A stretch of DNA of 64,000 nucleotides from Hormiphora californensis (GCA_020137815.1 CM035352.1:6200001-6264000), one strand, 5' to 3'. Positions 11,101 through 23,870 are shown, counted from the first letter of the stretch. Made by a program: numbers and translations. Notes: generated by a model not told the origin, from the sequence alone.

Positions 11101-13245
11101 TATCCAGGGTAGGGGCAGACTTTGCTCCTCAATTTCAGATGGAACGGCTTCCAAGACTTCTCAGCGGCCCCCTCTATCTGGTGAGGGGGCTGCAGTAGAG
11201 GGGCAGAGTTTGCCACCTACCCTAGTGATAATAGGGGATGCCCCTCGGCTCCCCTTTTTATCCAGGGTAGGGACAGACTTTGCCCCTCAATTTCAGGTGG
11301 AACGGCTTTCAAGACTTCTGAGCGGCCCTCTCTATCTGGTGAGGGGGCTGCAGTAGAGGGGCAGAGTTTGCCACCTACCCTAGTGATAATAGGGGATGCT
11401 CCTAGGCTCCCCTTTTTATCCGGGGTAGGGGCAGACTTTGCCCCTCAATTTCAGATGGAACAGCTTTCAAGACTTCTCAGCGGCCCTCTCTAGCTGGTGA
11501 GGGGGCTGCAGTAGAGGGGCAGAGTTTGCCACCTACCCTAGTGATAATAGGGGATGCTCCTAGGCTCCCCTTTTTATCCAGGGTAGGGGCAGACTTTGCC
11601 CCGCAATTTCAGATGGAACGGTTTCCAAGACTTCTCAGCGGCCCTCTCTATCTGGTGAGGGGGCTGCAGTAGAGGGGCAGAGTTTGCCACCTACCCTAGT
11701 GATAATAGGGGATGCTCCTAGGCTCCCCTTTTTATCCAGGGTAGGGGCAGACTTTGCCCCTCAATTTCAGATGGAACGGCTTCCAAGACTTCTCAGCGGC
11801 CCTCTCTATCTGGTGAGGGGGCTGCAGTAGAGGGGCAGAGTTTGCCACCTACCCTGGTGATAATAGGGGATGCTCCTAGGCTCCCCTTTTTATCCAGGGT
11901 AGGGGCAGACTTTGCCCCTCAATTTCAGATGGAACGGCTTCCAAGACTTCTCAGCGGCCCTCTCTATCTGGTGAGGGGGCTGCAGTAGAGGGGCAGAGTT
12001 TACCACCTACCCTAGTGATAATAGGGGATGCCCCTCGGCTCCCCTTTTTATCCGGGGTAGGGACAGACTTTGCCCCTCAATTTTAGATGGAACGGCTTTC
12101 AAGACTTCTCAGCGGCCCTCTCTATCTGGTGAGCGGGCTGCAGTAGAGGGGCAGAGTTTGCCACCTACCCTAGTGATAATAGGGGATGCTCCTAGGCTCC
12201 CCTTTTTATCCGGGGTAGGGGCAGACTTTGCCCCTCAATTTCAGATGGAACAGCTTTCAAGACTTCTCAGCGGCCCTCTCTAGCTGGTGAGGGGGCTGCA
12301 GTAGAGGGGCAGAGTTTGCCACCTACCCTAGTGATAATAGGGGATGCTCCTAGGCTCCCCTTTTTATCCAGGGTAGGGGCAGACTTTGCCCCTCAATTTC
12401 AGATGGAACGGCTTCCAAGACTTCTCAGCGGCCCTCTCTATCTGGTGAGGGGGCTGCAGTAGAGGGGCAGAGTTTGCCACCTACCCTAGTGATAATAGGG
12501 GATGCTCCTAGGCTCCCCTTTTTATCTGGGGTAGGGACAGACTTTGCCCCTCAATTTCAGATGGAACGGCTTCCAAGACTTCTCAGCGGCCCTCTCTAGC
12601 TGGTGAGGGGGCTGCAGTAGAGGGGCAGAGTTTGCCACCTACCCTAGTGATAATAGGGGATGCTCCTAGGCTCCCCTTTTTATCCAGGGTAGGGGCAGAC
12701 TTTGCCCCTCAATTTCAGATGGAACGGCTTCCAAGACTTCTCAGCGGCCCCCTCTATCTGGTGAGGGGGCTGCAGTAGAGGGGCAGAGTTTGGCACCTAC
12801 CCTAATGATAATAGGGGATGCCCCTCGGCTCCCCTTTTTATCCAGGGTAGGGGCAGACTTTGCCCCTCAATTTCAGATGGAACGGCTTTCAAGAATTTTC
12901 AGCGGCCCCCTCTATCTGGTGAGGGGCTGCAGTAGAGGGGCAGAGTTTGCCACCTACCCTAGTGATAATAGGGGATGCCCCTCGGCTCCCCTTTTTATCC
13001 AGGGTAGGGGCAGACTTTGCCCCTTAATTTCAGATGGAACGGCTTTCAAGACTTCTCAGCGGCCCCCTCTAGCTGGTGAGGGGGCTGAAGTAGAGGGGTA
13101 GAGTTTGCCACCTACCCTAGTGATAATAGGGGATGCTCCTAGGCTCCCCTTTTTATCCGGGGTAGGGGCAGACTTTGCCCCTCAATTTCAGATGGAACAG
13201 CTTTCAAGATTTCTTAGCGGCCCTCTCTATCTGGTGAGGGGGCCG
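8186..13245 (+). repeat. 158-bp tandem satellite (~30 copies) whose monomer folds into three hairpins; interrupted at ~8732-9080 by a duplicate of 7837-8185
   Basis: GGGCAGAGTTTGCC recurs at 11201, 11359, 11517 and 11675 (period 158). A further diverged partial unit lies at ~13365-13450. Confidence 0.95.
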
Positions 13246-13595
13246 CATGGCCATAGAGGGTCACAGCTGAAGACTTGAAATATAGAGTATGAAAGCTTCT
13301 GTCAATTTTTTGATTTATTACCATGATATTGCTTCTTATCTCTGATGTCGTTTCTCTTGTTAAAGAGGGGCAGAGTTTGCCACCTACCCTCGTGATAAAA
13401 GGAGGATGGGCCTCCCCTTTTTATCCAGGGTAGAGGCAAACTTTGCCCTCAGTTACCGTGCTGGCAAGCACTCTTTTTTTATTTTCATAAAACCGTGCTG
13501 GCAAGCACTCTTTTTTGTTTTTCACAATGCAACACTGTGCTGGTAAGCACTCTTTTTATTTTTTAAAATTCTTTTTATTTTTGTCACTTTTTTTC

Positions 13596-13751
13596 CAATG
13601 GGGGGAGGCACGAGGAGCTCATTGCTTAGCATTGAGCTCCTCGTGCCAGCCTTGGCCACACAGTACTATCCAATGTAATAGTTATGTGTGGCCAAGGTCC
13701 CATTGCCGTGGACCCGATTGGCTGATGGTCCAGTGAGTACGGTCAACTCAC
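13596..13751 (+). ncRNA. Candidate structured RNA motif, copy 2
   Basis: Shares TCGTGCCAG and TCCCRTTGCCGTGGACC..TTGGCTGATGGTCCAGTGAKTACGGTCAAMTCAC with 2588-2691. The variable hairpins are longer here. Confidence 0.55.
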
Positions 13752-13855
13752 TCTAGACATAATCAAACACTAGCACACCCATAGTGTATAAGGGTTTTTT
13801 CATAAATTTACGTATGCCACACACATTAACATCACACATTTCAATTAATATGATA

Positions 13856-14146
13856 CCTAAAACTTTTCGTTAATCGTATTTTTTTTCGATTTATCAAGAG
13901 TTTTAAGCATTTTTTCAGATTTTTTTTGTCGTATAGAAAAATATTCAAAACAGGGCGCTTTCCAGCGCCGCGACGCACTTTTAGCTGCTGAAAAAGTATA
14001 GCACGGCTGAAATCTTCACTGGAATATACTCTTTCAGCATCCAAACAACTAATGAATTGCGGTGCTGGAAAGCGCCCTGTTTTGAATGTTTTTCTACACG
14101 ACAAAAAAATTAAATCGGAAATATACGATTAACGAAAAGTTTTAGG
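13856..14146. mobile_element. MITE with long TIRs flanked by TA (Tc1/mariner-like)
   Basis: TA|CCTAAAACTTTTCGTTAATCGTAT ... ATACGATTAACGAAAAGTTTTAGG|TA, with inner inverted repeats. Confidence 0.75.
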
Positions 14147-14261
14147 TACATCTTGTCAACCTTTAAACGTAACATTTCATCATCAAATAAATAACATTAA
14201 TTACCTTTCACCGTGCACCATAAGCCATCACGGATACCATTTCTGATAGACCCCCATCCTA

Positions 14262-14430
14262 CTGCAGCACATCCACACAGGTGCAGGATAACGAGTCTGT
14301 ACCCAGTGAAACTCTGCTGCAGCACATCCACACAGGTGCAGGATAACGAGTCTGTACCCAGTGGAACTCTGCTGCAGCATATCCACACAGGTGCAGGATA
14401 ACGAGTCTGTTGTACCCAGTGGAACTCTGC
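14262..14430. repeat. ~55-bp tandem repeat x3
   Basis: CTGCAGCACATCCACACAGGTGCAGGATAACGAGTCTGTACCCAGTG repeated. Confidence 0.9.
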
Positions 14431-15191
14431 CATTGCTAGAGAGTGAGAAAATGTGATAAGTTTCTAAAACATGTTCCAGCTTATATATTTACACGGATTA
14501 CTACATTGGGAGCAATACATTACGAGACAGTGAAATTCAGATTCAGACTGTGAAACACTGATATTTTGCTTCTTTTTATGTTGGTTCTCTAATTGTGGTC
14601 GGCTATCGTGGTGGTGTCAAAAACTAGACTTGTATTTATTGTGGTAAGTGTGGCACAGTGAAAGTAAGGCTACATGAACCTGGGTCGAAGTCTTGGGGCT
14701 GCGACTTGTGGTTTTGCGACCAATCGCTTTTCTTTTCTCTGTCTCTGTCTTTCTTCCCAACTACCTACTTGTTGGACATATTTTTAGCCGCAATCTGTCA
14801 GATTATGTTTACTTAGTTGATCACGTGGCTGGAAACAGTTTACAAACAACCATGTGACTCTAATAGAGCGGTGACTGGAAATGCCCCTGAACAAGGTCTT
14901 TTCCACACCCCCTAGGCTCCATACAGTGGGGCAGTTCCCAGGAAACACTCGCCCAGGCGCGCACACAGAGCGGATAACCCTGTATTACTATACTGTCGTG
15001 TCGCGGGGGGACGTGGCAGGATTTTACTAATAACATTGCAGTGCGACCACGTGCTCTCTATCACACCGCACCACGCGGCGTGTTTACTTTACTCTTGCAC
15101 TACTGTCATTGGACAAGCCACACACAACACATATAATACGCTATTTCCGCCACCCTACTTTATGCTATACGCTTTTATTTTCCCAGAGACA

Positions 15192-17901
15192 ATGCGTTTT
15201 CTTGTGCTCCTCGCGGCCTCTTTGGCTCTTGTGAGCGGATGTGCCGACACAATCGATGACTGTGCCTACTACAAGGATGCAGGATACTGCACGGATTTCA
15301 AGGATCAACTCCTTGAAATGTGCCCCAAAACATGTGGTTTCTGCAGCGGTGGAGGAGGTGGCGGTGATAGTGGAAGCGGTGGTGATCCAGGCACCGCTAC
15401 TGATCCCCGAGCAGGTGGGTACGGGCTGGTAGATCAGTGAATCTTAACAAGGAAATATTATCTGTCAGCTGTTTTCTCTATCCCCAATGTGACAATTGAC
15501 TTGTTTGTAGCAAGGGAACCAGAGAGCCCAGAGCTCTGTCGAGATACCTGCTCCACCAAGGATTGTGAGTGGTACAAGAGCCAGGGACATTGCGAACAGT
15601 TCTCCGCCGTGATGGTCATGAACTGTGCTTCATCTTGTGGATGGTGCGGAGCTCCCTGTGAGTACTGAACTGCTATTTGCCTAAATTATTTCTCCCTTGC
15701 AAATCAAGGTTTTAACGTTCGATCGAGTAGTCATGAATAAATACATGAGTTTTTTTAACATCCCACTACCACGTGCAGTGTGTTCTCCTCCCGACTTTGA
15801 GAACGGATGGAGCGACTTTGAAATGATGATGATTCCTAGCGGGGCTACCGTGAACGTCTACTGCTACGAAGGATTCACCAACTGGGGAGCTGACACCCTT
15901 ACCTGCCAGAGTGGATCTCTCAGCGGAGAGCCCCGATGCGAGAAAGTTGACGAATGTAAGTTCTGATCAGTTTTCTCCCAAAAAAACACGTTTTAAGTCG
16001 AACACTGTCTGTACAGTGTACGTTTCAGCAAGCGAACAGGCAAGCTCCTACAAGACCGATTGCCAGAAGGCTGCTGAGGCCGCTCTGGAGCCCAGTTACA
16101 AGGATGGAAAATATGTTGTTCCCCAGGAATCCACCCATTATGTGCCCAAATGTGATTACTCAGGTAAGAATATTATAAAATGCCGTTGACATAGGTCTCA
16201 GGTTTAAAAAACTTCTGTAACTACAGACTGGGTGAAGAGGGCCTGACAGTATATTTGAGTATTACCCCATATTGTTTAGGTGGTTTTGAGAACGTCCAGT
16301 ATGATGCTGCTAAGGGCCAGACCTTCTGTGTTGACTACAGTGGTAATGAAGTAGAGGGAACTCGATACTCCGGCCGAATGGAGTATGTCGATTGTAAGTT
16401 TAGTGATTTATTAGCAGCACTTTGACAGAGGCATAGGACTAAAAAGAGAATACTTTTGCTCATAGCGGTTCGGACTCGTGGGTATATATAAAACTATCTT
16501 TATTCCCCAGGCACCATGAACTCTGCCACAGAGTACTACAAGAGGTTGGCTGAGGAGGCTGCTTATGCTGCAGCCCAGGCTAACACCAACACATACAGTG
16601 AGGACACCTACGACTACAACAGTGGTGGCGATACTTCTTACGACACCTATGACTACGGTGCCGATACCTACGACTACGGTGCCGATACCTACGACTACAA
16701 CAGTGGTGGCGATACTTCTTATGACACCTATGACTACGGTGCCGATACCTACGACTACAACAGTGGTGGCGATACTTCTTACGACACCTATGATTATGGT
16801 GCCGATACCTACGACTACAACAGTGGTGGCGATACTTCTTACGACACCTACGACTACGGTGCCGATACCTACGACTACAACAGTGGTGGCGATACTTCTT
16901 ATGACACCTATGACTACGGTGCCGATACCTATGATTATGGCGGTGACAGTTCCTCAAACACCGACGACTACTACGGTGGTGATGACTCCTACTACTACGA
17001 AGGCGGTGATAGTTCTGCGGGAGGTGATGACTCTTACTACGGTGGAGATGACTCTTACTACGGTGGAGATGACTCTTACTACGGTGGAGACGACTCTTAC
17101 TACGGTGGAGACGAATCCTTCTCTGGCGACTACTACTATGAGGGAGACAGCGCTTATGGCGGTGACTCCTACGAGGCCTCCTACGAGGCCTCCTACGAGA
17201 GCAGTGGTGACAGTGGTTATGGAGGTGATACCTACTATTATGAGGGTGATGCCAGCTATGGTGGTGACTCCTCAAGTGGTGATGAATACTACTACGAGGC
17301 ACGGTACTACAGCGATGAGGGAGATGCCACTGAGGTAACTTTCTATCCGTACTTCGTTCAAACCTAATCAAAATACAAGTTTCTATCGTAGTTTATGTTT
17401 CCTCTAAATCACTCCCATTTCTACAGGAGGGTGATGCCATTGCCGAAGGAGCCGTTGTTGCATCTATTGAGGATGTGATCGTTGAGAAGGTCGCTGAGCC
17501 TGATGCTTACGCCGAGGTAGATGCTCAGATGGGAGAGGCCAGGCGAGGAAGAAGGAGGATGAGGGGAATGAAGACCAAGAGGGATGCTGGTAAGTTAATA
17601 CAAGTAACTGATCTGTTGTTATCATGTGTGTTCATCATGCCAGCCACGTTTTATTCTGAACTTAACTAACACCTCTTTTCCTTTTTAGAAGCCGCTGACC
17701 AATGTAAGTACTAAGAATTCGTGTCGATTAATTCCGTGGTGTTGTCAATATATCCATTTTCATGTTTCATTTTGTGTCGTCTGAAGCATCGGGAACTGGC
17801 CCCTCCTTTTGAATAGTTGTATCTAAAATCTAGAGCAGTAGATCATGTTTGTAATGCACGGATCAAAAGCCTCATTTTAACACCTTTCCAATTTTTCAGA
17901 A
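15192..17901 (+). CDS. Secreted protein: signal peptide, 2x ShKT, Sushi/CCP, thyroglobulin type-1, Tyr/Asp/Gly-rich repeat region
   Basis: MRFLVLLAASLALVSG signal. CADTIDDC..CPKTCGFC and CRDTC..NCASSCGWC (ShKT). CSPPDFENG..CYEGF..LTCQSG..RC (Sushi). YVPKCDYSG..FCVDYSGNEVEGTR (TY-1). Large exon 16511-17334. 3' end uncertain. Confidence 0.8.
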
Positions 17902-18172
17902 AAGGAGGGGTCAGCCCAACACAGCCAAGATATAATAGAGCATTCGACACCTCCTTTTTACCACGTCGAACCACCCATTGAGAAAAGCTGTGTCGCCATT
18001 TCAAAATGACTCTTTTTCTATGTTTTCCCGAGTTCCGATTTTATGTAAAAATGTAAATAAATCCCTCTTTATATCCTTGTTTTAACAGCAAAACGTGAGA
18101 ATTGTTTTTATTATGATTTCTTTGTGTTTGAAATTTAACAACAATAACTTGAATTACCACTGTATTTTTCGC

Positions 18173-21100
18173 AGTGAGGCCAAAATCTCGAGCGAAAAGG
18201 GATGCCCGTGCTGTTTCGAGACAACGAGACATTAAAAATCGGCCTGTATCAATTGTCGACAGAAATAGTAAGGATTCAATACGGAATTAATAGTAGAGTC
18301 AAACCTCGATTTACTAGACGGATACATATGTTTATATTATCTCTGCCTGTGTGCACTTCGATTAACTGTAAAACCCTTCCCCGAAGAGAAGATAAATCGA
18401 GATTCGACTATATATGATTCACCCCGATATACCGAGCACCACTAATTATCAGGCAAAATCATTTTCCCCTGGTAAATCTTGGTTTGACTGTATACAACCT
18501 TCTATTATATCTAGATCTTGAAAAAGATAATTTGTCGTAAAATTTCAGGGGAATTCAAAACACTTCGCATTGGGGTGCGAAACGAGGAAAGACTAAAAGC
18601 AGGTAAGCTTCCCTCCTATGAAATGCGTATTGTCGTCCGACGTCTACCATGAAACTTTAAAGGCCGCCATTTGTAAAATTTTTGACAATACTGACTATAT
18701 ATATATTGTTCAGTGAGTGAAGGGCTGTGTATGGACAGAGTAAGGCCAGATCTATGCCGTGTCTACCAAAAACGAATTTGGTGCAGCACCGAACCACGTT
18801 ACATGCAATTCTATTGCGCTGAGACGTGTGGTATGTGCCGCAAACTCGGTCTAGGTAAGTAACACGTGACAGGTTTTATAACGCAATTAGCCCCTGATTT
18901 GAACAGAATTCTATTCCCCGTGGTACAGTGACCTATGCGAGACTGCAAGAGAGAAAGCGGGTGGAGGCGGAGAGAAAAAGGGTGGAGGAAGAGAGAATGA
19001 GGGTAGACAGGGAGAGGGGTAGAGGTGGTAGTCAGAGAGCAGAGGCAGAAAGGCGGCGACAAGAAGCACAGAGAAGAGAAATGGAGGCGAGAAGAAGGAA
19101 GCAAGAAGAAGAAGAAAGGAAGGCTGAATTAGAGAAGGAGAAACAGAGAAAAGAAGAGGAAGACGCATTGAGGGAGATGCTAGAAAGGGAGAAAGAGATG
19201 TTAAGCTGCTCTACTGAGATAGAGGAGGAGGACTGTGCTTCTGATATTGAGGTAAACCTACCTTGAGTCTCCACATGTATCAGTTTGAACAATTATAGTC
19301 AACACACTTGGTAATGGAGAGACACCACACCCTCTTGAATTACTATCCCATCCCAGGTAAAGGAAATAGTACAGACAGCTGCTGAGGCAGAGAGTGACTC
19401 GTTTGTTTATACAGGGGTGTTACCCGCTGAGATTCAAGAAATATGGGACACCTATAATCCTGATCTTGATGCGGAGTGCAGTGACCACCAATACCAACAG
19501 ACATGTGACACTCACGTGGCTAACGGCCAATGTCAAAACAAGCCATTTTATATGCTGCAAAACTGCAGGAAAACTTGCGAAATGTGCTCTCCATTCAGTA
19601 AGTAACGTGAAAAATTAGTTCCATCATTGATCACATTCAAGCGAGAGGCTGAAAGATCAAGGTCTGTCATTGTCCAAGGTTTTCGTGTCCTTGTTGACTC
19701 GTTTGTACTTCATGTTTCATCCTTTTCTCTGTCCAGTGTGCCAGGTGCCGAGTGATATTGACAACGGGTACACAGATCCTGGGATGCCCGTTCCGCCCGG
19801 GTTTAAAATCTTCATCTCCTGCGAGGACGGGTACTATCTACTAGGCCGGGGAACTCTAACATGTCAGAAAGACGGGTATTACTCGCCTGGCGGGGAATGT
19901 GTCAAAATGACGGACAGCCTCTGTAAGTGAATTATCTACCTTTCGCAGCTTTTAAGATACACTGTGCACTTAGGCCTGACTAGTCCTGGCTTATTACATC
20001 ACATCACCTTTATTTCAGTGTATCGCATGACGCAGTGTCAACGTGAGAAATACCGCAAGTCCCAGCCGATACACCTCCCCGAGGTTGGGTGGATAATTCC
20101 TGAGTATGAGCTGGTTCCGGAGTGTGACACTAGGGGAGAATACCTTCCAATGCAGTGCAATAGGTAAACTAGGGTTGTAACAAATAGTATTAATATGATT
20201 GGTTCCGGGCTCGTGTAACTATTTTGCAGTTCTGATAAAGATTGTAATTTCAGGTGTTGTTGTTTCTGTGTCAATCTAAATGGGAAAGAGATAGAGGGAA
20301 CACGATTTACACATGCTTCTGGGGAGCGCCCTGATTGCTGTTAGTAACAACAAGCACGCTATATTGACATTCTACTTTTTCCACTTTAGCTTTAACCGTA
20401 TTGGGACCGTAAAACATTTCAGCACCGTACGAGTATGAAAAACGGCCAGCAGACAAGTACTTCCCTGAGGAACGGAGCAAGGGTCGACTTTATGGGAGGT
20501 CTGATGGTGATGATGACATCTTTGATAACTACAGCCGAATTAAAGCCACCAAAAGGACAAAACGAGCAACAACAGACTTTGAACTTGGTAAGGTTGTCTT
20601 GGCAATTGGTGACGCAATCACCCCTACACTGTAGCTGCGCACACCAATCTTGGCAAGTATTTCACAAGTTTCGATACAAAACTTCCTGTTTATTGTATAT
20701 TACCCCTTATATCCCCAGAATTTCCGAACATGGAGGAAAGCCTATTTGGACAACTTTTTGAAATGGACTTCTTTCGATGTACGGACACGAATGTGTTTTG
20801 CAGGGCATTTGCACGTCAGGGAAAATGCCTCAGTGAGGCTCCCTTTATGGCTGAATTTTGTCCTAAGTGAGTAAAAAACATGTACAATACTGTCCGCTCA
20901 AAACCTGTAGGCTGTATTGTGTCCGCTCAGAAGTATTTCTCTGTTTCCGTAACACTTTATCCTTGTAGGACATGTGGAACCTGTCCTCTCTTGTCTACCA
21001 CATCTAACTGCACAGACCGAAGGGAGGGATGTAATAGGTACCTTGCCGCGGGGTACTGCTCCTTCTTCAAAAACTTCATGATCGACAACTGTGCAAAAAC

Positions 21101-22508
21101 GTGCGGATATTGTGGTTCTGCAACTGGTAGGTGCAGACAGTTTACATCTATTTGTATACCGGGGGAAGGGGCCCAGGGCCGATATTTCGCAACATATCGG
21201 CCCTGGGGGGAGGGGTGGGTGGCATTTCAACATACAAGTTGGTGTAATTTGTAATCTCTATTCCATCAGGGTGTGAGCTGCCTGACATTGATAATGGTAC
21301 ATTCTACCCGGATGAGAAGACTGTGGTACCCGGTACCCTGCTGGAAGTATCATGTGATCCTGGGTTTGAGAGAAGTGGGGCTGGAGTAGTAAGATGCAGA
21401 AGGGATGGGACCCTCTCCCGATCACCAGCCCAGTGTGTCCAAGCACGTAATGGGACTGCTTGTGAAATTCTTAGGGATAGGGTATCTGATAGGGTGTTCA
21501 ATACCCAATATGATGGTTTCACACTGGGATACGATGCGTGGATGCCACGGTGCAACGAGAAGGGACAGTTTCATGAGGTATGGCTCAATTACAACGAAAT
21601 AATACAGCTGTATTTAGAACGCAACACACGTTTCATGGAATCCCTGACGGGAAACCAATCATCAGGGTCAATTACTGAATTACTGGAATTAGTGATTATG
21701 GCTCAATTAGTGATTATGACCCAAAGAACTAACAGATCTATCATGAGGGATGTATAACACCTGATCGAGTAAGGAGCCAACTCTAACACCCCCTCCATTT
21801 TAGATGCAATGCCATAACACGGTGTGCTGGTGTGTAGATATAGTGAGTGGGGAGGAGGTACCCAAGACCCGGGGCCATTACACAGCACCCCGTCCCTGTA
21901 CCCTGACCCCTCAGGTTCACCACCGGCACAGAGTATCTAGGAGAGATGCAGGTATGCAGGATATATAGTAGTCTAGCTCTCATTATAAACCACTGATTTG
22001 ATCAGAATCTCTCATGAACCCTGATTAACAATTATACCAAGTAAAATATCGCCTCAGTTAAGAATTGTGGGGACCAGGAGGGTTGCTACGAGGCTCTGAA
22101 AGAGGACCCTGAATTCTGTATCAAATATCCGGCAGATGCGATCTACAATTGTCCGGCATCCTGTGGGATCTGCAACTCTGTACAATGTACGTTTAACTTG
22201 TTGATATACTTTACATTATAATATGTTCTAACCCTCCCTTTACATTTGTGCACACGAAACAGGGTCTAGCTAGGCAACGTTTAACCTGACCTGTTCAGAA
22301 GGTTTAACAACATTGCACAATTGTTTCTTATCTGTTATTTACAGGGTGTCCGGTAGTGGTGACCCAGGGAGCAGTGTACACAGTACCATACCACGCAGTC
22401 CTACCGGGCAACACTGTATCTGTGTACTGTGGGGATGGAGCATTGAGACAGATACTCACTTGTACAGAACAGGGGGTATACGATGAACAACCAGTTATAA
22501 ACTGCTAG
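18173..22508 (+). CDS. Multi-exon ShKT/Sushi/thyroglobulin-1 repeat protein with an E/R-rich coiled coil; a paralogue or the continuation of the upstream gene
   Basis: ShKT motifs (YCAETCGMC, NCRKTCEMC, NCAKTCGYC, NCPASCGIC), Sushi (CQVPSDIDNG.., CELPDIDNG..) and TY-1 (VPECDTRGEYLPMQC, MPRCNEKG..CWCVD). Stop TAG at 22506-22508. Confidence 0.75.
18296..18491. mobile_element. Degenerate pogo/Tc1-like MITE in an intron
   Basis: TA|GAGTCAAACCTCGATTTACTAG ... CTGGTAAATCTTGGTTTGACTG|TA. Confidence 0.5.
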
Positions 22509-23170
22509 AACAGTTAAACATATATTTAGATTTAGTAGGACAAGCACAGTGTGCCTTGTATGTTTAGTAATATTGTATTTATTTTTTGATTCGATGTTTG
22601 ATTATCATAATTGCGAGAGATAGAATCTCATGTTTGTGAAAAGAGATAGAACGATATTAACTGATTATCTTGGTTGTTCACTTCTTTATTCTAACCATGA
22701 AACTTTGTAACTAGAAACTAAGCGATAGCCCCAAAATAAACCAAATCAGACCCTGCGGGCAGCCCTAACCCGTCTCGACAGCCAAAATCTTGGCCTACGC
22801 TGCAGTCCCCAATGGAATATAAAAAAAGAAGCCGTGGAAAACGCAGCGCATGCCAAAATTTTTTTCTACACAACCCACTAGGGACCTCAGGGGTGAAACG
22901 GTGCAGAGCAGCCACTAGACACGGTGAGGTGTGAATCAAGTCATCATATGGTCCCTGTGTGGGTTGTGCAGAAAAATAACTTAATCAAACGCCTACACAC
23001 TAAAAAATTGATAATTAATATAAAAATAGTCTCTCATCACTAATGACATTTCAAAGGTTGAAGTCAAAATTGTCCAGTGTTGGTGTTCTTATGGGTACCC
23101 TACAACCTCTCAAGCTCCTCAAAGTTGACCTAAGGATGGAGAATCTCAACTTTTGCTTTATTGTAGCCAT

Positions 23171-23396
23171 TAAAGTCGGATTTTTTGAAACTGTCACCCC
23201 CCTGGGTATTTTCAAATTTCGTAAATGACCATAAATCCGGTTCCTGACGAGATAGAGACTTGAAATTTGGAGGTTACGAAGATCTTGCTAAGTTCTTCCG
23301 AACCTCCAAATTTCAAGTCTCTATCTTATCAGGAACCGGAGATATGGCAAATTTTGTTATTTCAGGGGGGTGACAGTTTCAAAAAATCCGACTTTA
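23171..23396. mobile_element. Palindromic MITE, second copy at ~39548-39771
   Basis: TAAAGTCGGATTTTTTGAAACTGTCACCCCCC ... GGGGGGTGACAGTTTCAAAAAATCCGACTTTA, with a long inner inverted repeat. Confidence 0.8.
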
Positions 23397-23748
23397 CCTC
23401 TGCATGCCAAAATCGATTTTTTTAAATCACCCAGATTTTAAAAAAAATTTGTGTTGTCGAATTAAATCGGATCACGCGTGCCATACTTTAAAAACGCGCG
23501 CACAATTTAAACACTGCGCGTGTTTTGATTTGCGCGGTGTATCGAGGCGCGCCGATTTGACACTCATTGTGTCAGAGCGCGTTACAGAATCGACAGGATC
23601 CGCCCAATCAGTTGTTCGATTCGATCACCACTACAACAACTGTCATATATATCACAGAGACGGATAGAGATAGAGAGATGGCTGAGAGAGGGATGAAGAG
23701 ACACAGATGATGGTCTACCACAGCAATGGTGGGAGTGTGTAAGAAGAA

Positions 23749-23870
23749 AACGAAAGATCTGGATAGAGAGAAAACGAAAGATCGATAGAAATAAAATGGG
23801 ACATAACCTGGTTATGTTCCATTATATTTCTATCGATTCGTTCGTTTTCTCTCTACCCAGATCTTTCGTT
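23749..23870. repeat. Imperfect ~120-bp palindrome
   Basis: AACGAAAGATCTGG..ATCGATAGAAAT..CATAACC / GGTTATG..ATTTCTATCGAT..CCAGATCTTTCGTT. Confidence 0.7.

Noticed and set aside
8186-13245. CRISPR-like array or coding repeat
   Set aside because: Units are contiguous near-identical monomers with no unique spacers. The ORFs are short, broken and not conserved between units.
13744-13760. Helitron 3' end (hairpin plus CTAG)
   Set aside because: CTAG abuts the hairpin, is not followed by T, and is absent from the homologous copy at 2691.
16565-17371. Long overlapping Thr-rich (+) and Arg/His-rich (-) ORFs
   Set aside because: Shadow frames of the repetitive Tyr/Asp/Gly exon. Only that frame splices in phase with neighbouring exons.
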